The notes below the pieces were generated by a model, which was not told where the DNA came from, ran no database searches, and was given only the letters and a program-made list of their open reading frames with translations. A stretch of 64,000 nt of DNA from Cyanidioschyzon merolae. Taxonomy: Eukaryota. Shown in pieces: positions 56,888 through 64,000 of this stretch. Position numbers and translations under genes: made by a program. Position 1 is the first letter of the stretch; each line of letters opens with the position of its first letter. Where the stretch lies: assembly GCA_000091205.1 (NCBI GenBank), contig AP006502.2. The stretch is one strand, 5' to 3'.

Positions 56888-58762
56888 TTGGATGGTATCT
56901 TGCCAACACCGCTCATGGTGAATGCCCCTTTCTGCTTCGTAACACTGCCATACAGCGTAGACAGGCGTCTACAGGGATCAACGTGGAAGCAACAGCAGGA
57001 CAGGATCAGCAGCAAAACGAAGAGCGCAAGGAAACGGCAGCTAGCAGAGACGCCGCAAACGCTGAAAGCTCAGCAACGGACGGAGGATAAGCGCTCGGGT
57101 TCTATGCGTCCTTGGCCAGTTCTTCGCTTCATCAAAGACGCTACCTTCTTCTTTAACCCTTTTCGGGATCCAAACGCTCGGCCAAACCCGACGGAAAGAC
57201 TTGTTCAGCAGCAGGCGATGCCGCGTGCGGACCCAGAACGAGCGCCGGGCGGACTTGTACTGGTCGCTGGGGCCACTGGCCTGCTCGGGAGACGCGTCGT
57301 AGCGCAACTGCTTGCTGCTGGGTACTCGGTGAGGGCTCTAGTTCGTTCAGAGAAACGGGCGGAGCAAGCACTTGGCAACTTGAAGTATCCAAAGTCGAAG
57401 CTCGGGGAACGCGCTGCACCAGGGACTCTGCAGCTGCTCTTTGGCGACCTGTATAACGTTCCACCCGAAGGTGTTCAGGATGTGACTGCCGTAATCTGCT
57501 GCACTGGTGTGAAGATCGGTCCTCAGGACGATACTCCTGATCGTGACAAATACGGCCAAGGAATCAAGTTTTACGAGCCAGTAGTGCTCGAGGACACCCC
57601 CGAGAACGTGGAATACCGGGGCGTGCAGAACCTCGTGAGCTGCGCACGGGACGTGCTCGTTAGCGGCCAAAAGATCGTACTGATGGACTTTGAGGATGCG
57701 GAGACAGCCGCGCGGCAATGGGGTCCGGTCGACGACGTCGTCATGGGCGGAGTGTCAGCGTCGAAACTGAGCTTCCCCGAACGAGGCATTGGTCGCTTTT
57801 CAGGCCTTGTCCGCACGGATAATTTCGGGGGCTTCGCTTCCGTGCGAACGCTGCCTTTCCAGATGCCACTCAACCTACAAGGCTATGACGGAATTGAACT
57901 CTTGGTCCGCGGCGACGGCAAGCGCTACAAGTTCATCATACGCTGCGATGATCGCTGGGACGGCATTGCCTACTCATGCTCATTTGATACCGAGGATCAT
58001 CGCTCGACAAAAGCATGCCAACGAATTCGTCTGCCGTTTGAGCGCTTTGTGGCGGTATTTCGGGGATCCACCAGGCCGAATGAGCGTCCACTGGATCGGA
58101 GCAACATCCAGGCGTTCCAGATCATGCTGTCGAAGTTTGAATATGACGGGGCGTTGAACCCTGGCTTCAAGGCCGGGGATTTCTGCCTCGAGTTCCGCTA
58201 CATCGGTGCATATCGGGATGTGCTCGGAGCAGAAGCAGACAGAGTGCGTGGTCATGGGGCACAGGTGGTGGCTGGCGGCACCGCAACTCAACGTCCTCGG
58301 TTCATCCATATCTCATCGGCCGGAGTGACTCGGGTGCTGCGTCCGGACGAGTTTCCGGATCTGAGCAAGGAACCTCCCGCTGTACGGATGAACGCACAAC
58401 TCGGCCGTGTACTCGAATGGAAGCTCGCTGGTGAGGATCTCGTTCGCAGTAGTGGGATTCCGTATACCATCATTCGCCCGTGTGCGCTCACGCTGGAGGA
58501 GGCGAGCGGGCTTTCCGCTTTGCGCCTGGAGCAGGGTGATTGGCTTCGTGGCCAGGTCTCTCGTGACGACGTTGCAGCGCTGGCGGTGGCCTGCCTCGAT
58601 GAACCCGCCATGGAGGGCAAGACGGTCGAGGTGGCAACGAGTGCGGCAACTGAGCGTCCGACGATGCATTCGCTTCGTGAACGAGCACTGCAGCTGGAAC
58701 GTGATCAGGATGCAATCCAGCGCAAGTTTGCTCCGTTCCCTTACGTTCCGCAAGGCTCATAA
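56888..58762 (+). CDS. NmrA-like/atypical SDR NAD(P)-binding protein with an inserted CIA30 (complex I intermediate-associated protein 30-like) domain. The start is probably an internal Met downstream of 56888.
   Basis: Rossmann motif 'LVLVAGATGLLGRRVVAQLLAAGYSVRALVRS'. Central 'VDDVVMGGVSASKLSF...GRFSGLVRTDNFGGFASVRT...IELLVRGDGKRYKFIIRCDDRWDGIAYSCSFDT' is CIA30-like. The C-terminal 'YTIIRPCALT...GDWLRGQVSRDDVAALAVACL' completes the NmrA-like fold. Confidence 0.7.
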   Translation: MDGILPTPLMVNAPFCFVTLPYSVDRRLQGSTWKQQQDRISSKTKSARKRQLAETPQTLKAQQRTEDKRSGSMRPWPVLRFIKDATFFFNPFRDPNARPNPTERLVQQQAMPRADPERAPGGLVLVAGATGLLGRRVVAQLLAAGYSVRALVRSEKRAEQALGNLKYPKSKLGERAAPGTLQLLFGDLYNVPPEGVQDVTAVICCTGVKIGPQDDTPDRDKYGQGIKFYEPVVLEDTPENVEYRGVQNLVSCARDVLVSGQKIVLMDFEDAETAARQWGPVDDVVMGGVSASKLSFPERGIGRFSGLVRTDNFGGFASVRTLPFQMPLNLQGYDGIELLVRGDGKRYKFIIRCDDRWDGIAYSCSFDTEDHRSTKACQRIRLPFERFVAVFRGSTRPNERPLDRSNIQAFQIMLSKFEYDGALNPGFKAGDFCLEFRYIGAYRDVLGAEADRVRGHGAQVVAGGTATQRPRFIHISSAGVTRVLRPDEFPDLSKEPPAVRMNAQLGRVLEWKLAGEDLVRSSGIPYTIIRPCALTLEEASGLSALRLEQGDWLRGQVSRDDVAALAVACLDEPAMEGKTVEVATSAATERPTMHSLRERALQLERDQDAIQRKFAPFPYVPQGS

Positions 58763-60649
58763 GCGGGCATGGGTGGATCCGAGGGGGTTCTATCCGGCCC
58801 CAGTGCGGCTTGCAGCGGCTCTCTGGGGCGCAAGGCCAGATCAGCTGTTGCTGCGGTGCGCTTTCTGTTGACGCTGGACGGCGATGAAACCTGTGAACAC
58901 GGGTGCACTGAGGCGCTTCACAGCAGCACACATAGCATGCGACGGCGACGACGACGAGACTCGTGGGAGCGGTTTACGCGCGAGAGGGCCCTTGAGATGC
59001 ACCGGCTGCCAAGCACGACACAGATATACTTTTGATCGAGCGAATGCTTTGCGAGACCAGTGGCACGTTGCATCGGGGGATACCGAACGGATGGATTCCT
59101 CGAGTCGCCTGCGGTTCCAAGAAACATGCCCAGGACTTGGTGCATGTTGACTGGCCGGAAGCAAGTCACACTGGAGGTCAGCGCTCGATGGTGGTGCGTT
59201 TCGTTGAGCCATGTCACCATCTTGGGATTCAATGGAGATTCGGCGAAGAAACCATTCTGGTGGTATTTGCTGCATTCGGGCAGCATGGTATCCGACGTGC
59301 GTCTTGGCAGCCTGGTCGAGCAGCATCACCAGTGCAGTTGCGGGAGCGCGAGTGCATCAGAAGCGATGATGCACAAGTGCCGGTAACGCGTGAATGTTGT
59401 AGCGTTCCGTTTCGTGAATACGGCACGCTTGCGAGGGCGAACTCTCTGAATGCACATCTTGCATAGTGGGAAACATAAACGATTCAAATACGGGGCTAGT
59501 CTCGTCGAGGTTTTCTCACGAGTGTCTCGTTTCGGACAGGCGTCCAGCAACCGTCACCAGCCACCGCGTGTGCTGCATAGGCCACACGGACTAGAACAAC
59601 GCTTTCGTATGTCGGTGTCGGAGTCTGTTCACAGGAAAATCGGCGGTACGCTTCGACAAAACCTAAATATTCCGCGGGATTCGTGGACCGTTCCCTCTGC
59701 ATAAGAGCCGAGGCCTCCAGCGTCTCGAAACGCAGTGAACAGGTGCAGCGCTTCAGCTCGCAGAGAACCGTTTTGAGCAGAGCAGCAAGCATAAAAAACG
59801 ATTTGCATGCGTTCATCAACGCTTCCTAGAGGAAATCGAGCTGTTCGCGTGTTGTCGCTTCTTGTGAGACAGTCCACAAAAGTCTGTGAGCACCAAGTTG
59901 CCGCTACTTGAGACGCCGATCACCGGGAACGACACTACGTTACCGCTTGTACGTGACGAGCTGCAGTTGACGTGCTTCGTCCGAGTCCATTGATTCACTA
60001 GTTTACGGAGCGGCGTTGTTCGAAGACGGTTGGCTTCGGGCGTCGTGGTTTATGCCTGCAGCTGATGATTGACCGACGTTACCAAGAAAATGGTGTCTCG
60101 GACGAAGACGTTATGCGGGAAAGACAGGCATTGGATTTCAAATCGAACCATGGTATATTCTTATCAAGCACATGATCCCAAACGAATCATTTCTGATGCA
60201 ATCAGTAGGCATTTGCACGCTGTATTCTGGCACAGGGTCCAAAAGAATGCATTCTATCGCAAGTAGTTGCATTCCAGTGAGCAATCACGACACGGGGCTT
60301 TCGAATGAGGCCCGGGCTATTCCGACACATCGCGCTGGTGCTGGAATCAGCAGACCGACCGCTCTTTCTTCAGGAGACAGTTGCAACCGTATCTAGCCTG
60401 TGCTCTAGATCAGGATACCAGAAGAAACGCTCTGTGGGAGCGTCGCCGACCCAGGAACCTCAGACGAACCTCGCTGCTCTGTCCAGCATGCAGTACGCCG
60501 TTTTCCGGAGGCAGCCGTAATCGGTACGCTTCAGAGATGCTCAGAATTTAAACTCAAGATCAATGCATAAGCGATGCAAGCGAGCTCCGCGGGCGAGCGT
60601 CAGCAAGGCGGCTCGGGTGGACACAGCTTCCGGTCTTGGCGTGCAGCAC

Positions 60650-62851
60650 TCAAGGTCCGAAAAGCGTTCGCCATAAGCCTGGGGCGGAGCGTGATACCCA
60701 CCGTGCTGCGTCCTGAAAAACGTCTGGACCAGACGGCGCTTCGAAACCCTCAGCGTAAAATGCATTGCTGCCTTCAGCGGGTACATCGCCACCACCACCA
60801 CTCGCGACAGCACCCGAGGATGCAGTCCTCCGGGGTTGTGGTTGTGAAGGTTGTGAAATCGTGCTCGTCGTTCCATACTTCGTCTGAAGATCGCGATACA
60901 CCATGCGGCTTATTTGCCATAAAGGCAGAAAAACGGATCGCAAAAGAGTTTGGCGTCCACGGGCACTGGTGCTGGAACGCTGGGCTCTATTCATGAAGTA
61001 GACATCCTCCGCGGCAACGGTTGATTCACTCTGGACGGAGTTGGGATCCCAAGTAGCGGCTCTTCGGGACGTGGCTCGAGCCGTTCGAGCACCAGCGGAG
61101 AAGCGTACCTCATCTTTGGTGGAGGCATCGAAATCGAACCGGTTTTCAGGGAAGCCACCGCCACCGCCAACGCGAACAACGCCCTCAACACCAAGACGAC
61201 GCCTTGCAGGTCGCCGCCGCTTGGAACGCTCGTAGCGGACACGCTCCATGATGTCGTCATCATCGTCATCATCATCATCATCATCATCAGGGCTCAGCAC
61301 TTCTACTGGAACGATGGCTATCGAGGAGGAAGAATCGGCCACTGCAGCAGTAACTGACTCGGGCGCCGCCCGCCCGACGTGAACGATGTTGCTTTGCAGC
61401 ACTCCAGTCCCGCCCTGTGCATCAAGTGTAAAGTCTCTTTCGGTTTGTTCCGTCGCATCATGACGTGAAAATATTGCCGGTGATCTTGCTGGCCTTAGAT
61501 CCTCTCCCAGATCCGGCTCGTTTCCGTCCATACCGTCCAGAATCGTCCACGCGCCCAGACCAAAAGTATCATCCTCGCCGTGCGACGCCGTTCCAGCCGC
61601 TGTTCCCCCTTGAACGTACCCATCAACATCTTCTTCCAGAGTGCTATCCGCCTGCCACTCCCTTCGATGATTCTTAAAGAGCGAGCTATACGAATCACTC
61701 TCTGGAAACGGAAGCACTTGCTCTTCCGATCCAGACTGCAGCCTCCGAAGCGGTCGTCGAGCAGCATCCGAACGAGGTCTGCTCGAAGCTTGTGCGATAT
61801 CAGTGGAGTCAGTGTCGGAGAACCAGCCGGCACCGGCATAGGCGTCACGAGCGGAAGCCTGTGCACCACGGCGTCTGCTGCGCTGCCGCAGACGATCCGC
61901 AGGCGGCAGCCCGCGAAGCACAAGGTCAGAACCTCCACTCCAACCGAGCACGAGCGCCAAATCTTCAAGGTTCAGACGACGAAGACGGTGGTGATGATGC
62001 CTTGAGCGTAGTGTCGCCTTGATTCGCTTTGATGCGTCATCGACGTCGTCCTCGTCGCTCGCGAGGTCATCAGGAGACGCGGTGCTCAGCCGTCGACTGC
62101 TGGACAGCAGCAGCACGAGCACACAAGCGATGCACGCGAGGATGCCCATCATAGAGAAGCGTCTATTCGGCGCCCAGCTTGACAGCGTGAATAAGCCGAA
62201 GACGCACAACACGATAAAGAGGGCTTGCAGGTGAATACCGTCGGGAATACCGCGAAAAGATGGACGTCCACGCTGTATGCTCATTCGACTCGTCAAAGGT
62301 TCTGTTCTGTACCGCGGAGACGCTTCTGTAGTGCGCGCGGCCTGATAGAAAGCGTTTCCCACTGGCTTTTGCCGCGAGTCGCCTGATGTACGCCGCCTAT
62401 TCGAGTTTGGTATGGAACCAGGGTGCTCTTGGCAATGCGGCTGCGTCGGAAACGAAACAAGCTGCCGCTCGCGAACAACGTATCCCCTGTATGGACGTTT
62501 TGTTGCAACCTGCTTTCCATAAAAGCGGCGGTTTTGAACAGTTAACGAGCTGCAGCGGTACGCGGGTATGGAACCCACGAAAGCAGCCATAACCTGCTGC
62601 GGCCTGCCGCGACCCATACCTGGCGCAGCGTACTCGACAGGCTCGCTCAAGTCGCCACAACCAAGCCAGCCCTTGTTTACTCGTGTTGATCGCATCTTGT
62701 TGGACGCAGTCTGCGGCCCGAACGGTCGCAGAGTGCTTCGGTGCCTCCTTGCTGTCTGTGGGGCCGTTTTCGCCGACTCCGCCGAGCGTGCACCGCTCCG
62801 TTCAACGAAAGACTCGCGTAACGCCCAAGGAGCCCAGACAGTCACCAGCAC
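60650..62851 (-). CDS. Hypothetical low-complexity protein (733 aa) with one TM helix and a poly-Asp tract
   Basis: Long ORF with a hydrophobic segment 'LQALFIVLCVFGLFTLSSW', a D11 run from (GAT/GAC)n at 61252-61288, and S/R/A-rich composition. Confidence 0.35.
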   Translation of the reverse strand: MLVTVWAPWALRESFVERSGARSAESAKTAPQTARRHRSTLRPFGPQTASNKMRSTRVNKGWLGCGDLSEPVEYAAPGMGRGRPQQVMAAFVGSIPAYRCSSLTVQNRRFYGKQVATKRPYRGYVVRERQLVSFPTQPHCQEHPGSIPNSNRRRTSGDSRQKPVGNAFYQAARTTEASPRYRTEPLTSRMSIQRGRPSFRGIPDGIHLQALFIVLCVFGLFTLSSWAPNRRFSMMGILACIACVLVLLLSSSRRLSTASPDDLASDEDDVDDASKRIKATLRSRHHHHRLRRLNLEDLALVLGWSGGSDLVLRGLPPADRLRQRSRRRGAQASARDAYAGAGWFSDTDSTDIAQASSRPRSDAARRPLRRLQSGSEEQVLPFPESDSYSSLFKNHRREWQADSTLEEDVDGYVQGGTAAGTASHGEDDTFGLGAWTILDGMDGNEPDLGEDLRPARSPAIFSRHDATEQTERDFTLDAQGGTGVLQSNIVHVGRAAPESVTAAVADSSSSIAIVPVEVLSPDDDDDDDDDDDDIMERVRYERSKRRRPARRRLGVEGVVRVGGGGGFPENRFDFDASTKDEVRFSAGARTARATSRRAATWDPNSVQSESTVAAEDVYFMNRAQRSSTSARGRQTLLRSVFLPLWQISRMVYRDLQTKYGTTSTISQPSQPQPRRTASSGAVASGGGGDVPAEGSNAFYAEGFEAPSGPDVFQDAARWVSRSAPGLWRTLFGP
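61252..61288. repeat. (TCA)n microsatellite, encoding poly-Asp on the minus strand
   Basis: 'tcatcatcgtcatcatcatcatcatcatcatca'. Confidence 0.9.
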
Positions 62852-64000
62852 GAGACGTACAGAAGTACGCTATCCAGCAGTTTCAAAAAGCACCCTTGTC
62901 CTCCACCGACCAGACTCGCAAAGGTTTGCGCCGCCGGCACTCCGAGTCCAGCAGAGTCGGTGACTCGGAATAAGCCCCACCTTGTCGTGCGTTCCCCTGG
63001 GGTTCACACCTCGGAAACACGATAGTAAACGATTTGAACAAAGGAAGGAACACGTTCAGTGCACCTCCAACGCTTATTGGACAAGAAAAGACGCGTCCAC
63101 TCACTTAGAAGCGGTCGCTGCGAAAGGCGAGACAAGCTCGTCGGACGGAGCGCCTTGCCATGACTGCGTGGTGCCGCATCCAAGAAACAGCGTTTCCCCT
63201 CGAACGTGTGCAAAGACGAAGGAGACCCTGAAGCGACCACAGCGCGCCCCAATGGACTTGAGACGAGGTCTCTGTGCAGCGAAGCAGGGTTTAGGGGCAC
63301 GAGTAATCGAAACGGGTGCAGAAGATGTGCTGGTTTTCGCCTATGGAACGACACCACGGGAGCCAGCAGCCGACTCGGTGGCAGCGAGAGCGGCCCCTGG
63401 AACCCTCAGTGGACGCTGGGGCACTCTGGACGATGCCTCGCCCTCGGAGACTGACTCGGAGAGTCTAAGTACATCCTCAGGTTCTATGAGCAGCTCCTCA
63501 TCCGCGTACACTTCCGAAAGCGACTGGGACGGGCTCGGCACCAACGGCGAGGCCGCAGCGCCGTGCGCTGGCGTCTTGTCAACGCGTACCTCTCCGCCGG
63601 TATCGGAGCCAGTACAGCGACGGATGAACAGACAGAAAACACGGCTAGCAAGCTTTCTCGAACCTGCCGTTGGTCATGCGGGAGAGGTGGTGCGTCGGCT
63701 GTCTCCGTCGTCGGCACGCCAGCACAGCACCCTGGGCCTCTTCTGGCAGGGCGCGAGTCCGCGAACTTACCGAGGACCCAGCCAGCACGTACCAGCAGTA
63801 TCCTCGACACCGCGGTCTGGAAAGGCGTTCGAGGATGTCTATCGAACGGAGACTCGGACGAGGACAAGCCCCGATACGGAAGCATCGCCCGACGCTCTAG
63901 GGAGTAGCGCACAGGAAGCACTGCACACGAACCGGCAACTTGTGCCAGCAGCACGTCGAGAACGCGTTCGTCCTCCGCCGATCGATACAGCGTTCGCTCT

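Noticed and set aside
1-64000. Prokaryote-style systems (CRISPR arrays, operons, restriction-modification or toxin-antitoxin pairs)
   Set aside because: The window is clearly eukaryotic (alpha-tubulin, RbAp48, TFIIS, NT-C2, Fringe-like GT). There are no short direct repeats with regular spacers and no co-directional tightly packed gene clusters. The only prokaryote-derived element is the TnpB/Fanzor-like family described above.

Overview
The window appears to be nuclear DNA from a GC-rich (~55-60%), gene-dense and apparently intron-poor eukaryote: long uninterrupted ORFs, genes on alternating strands, no operons. Recognisable genes are glucose-6-phosphate isomerase, a DUF547 protein, a DnaJ-type CxxCxGxG zinc-finger membrane protein (LQY1/BSD2-like), a PWWP-TFIIS fusion, an NT-C2 domain protein, a divergent alpha-tubulin, bacterial-type ribosomal protein bL17, a HAT/TPR-repeat protein (Mbb1/HCF107-like), tRNase Z, a Fringe-like/DUF604 glycosyltransferase, a large hypothetical protein, an RbAp48/MSI1-type WD40 histone chaperone, an RsmI-like methyltransferase with extensions, and an NmrA-like dehydrogenase carrying a CIA30 domain. 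Several of these point to a plastid-bearing organism, possibly a Cyanidiophyceae-like red alga; that is inference only. The most unusual content is a three-copy repeat family (about 22.1-24.2 kb, 30.3-32.6 kb, 33.8-35.2 kb). Each copy carries a conserved small ORF, and copies A and B also carry a fragmented ORF with TnpB/Fanzor-like RuvC motifs (a DPGNTN RuvC-I motif, a zinc-finger remnant, a NRDFNAAIxI-like RuvC-III motif); copy C breaks off right after the RuvC-I motif. Copies B and C form ~1.4 kb near-identical inverted repeats bracketing the bL17 gene. Copy A and copy B each end 110-155 bp upstream of, and co-oriented with, a housekeeping gene (alpha-tubulin; bL17). No rRNA, confident tRNA or CRISPR was seen. 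Several microsatellites and two ~70 bp tandem-repeat blocks are present.
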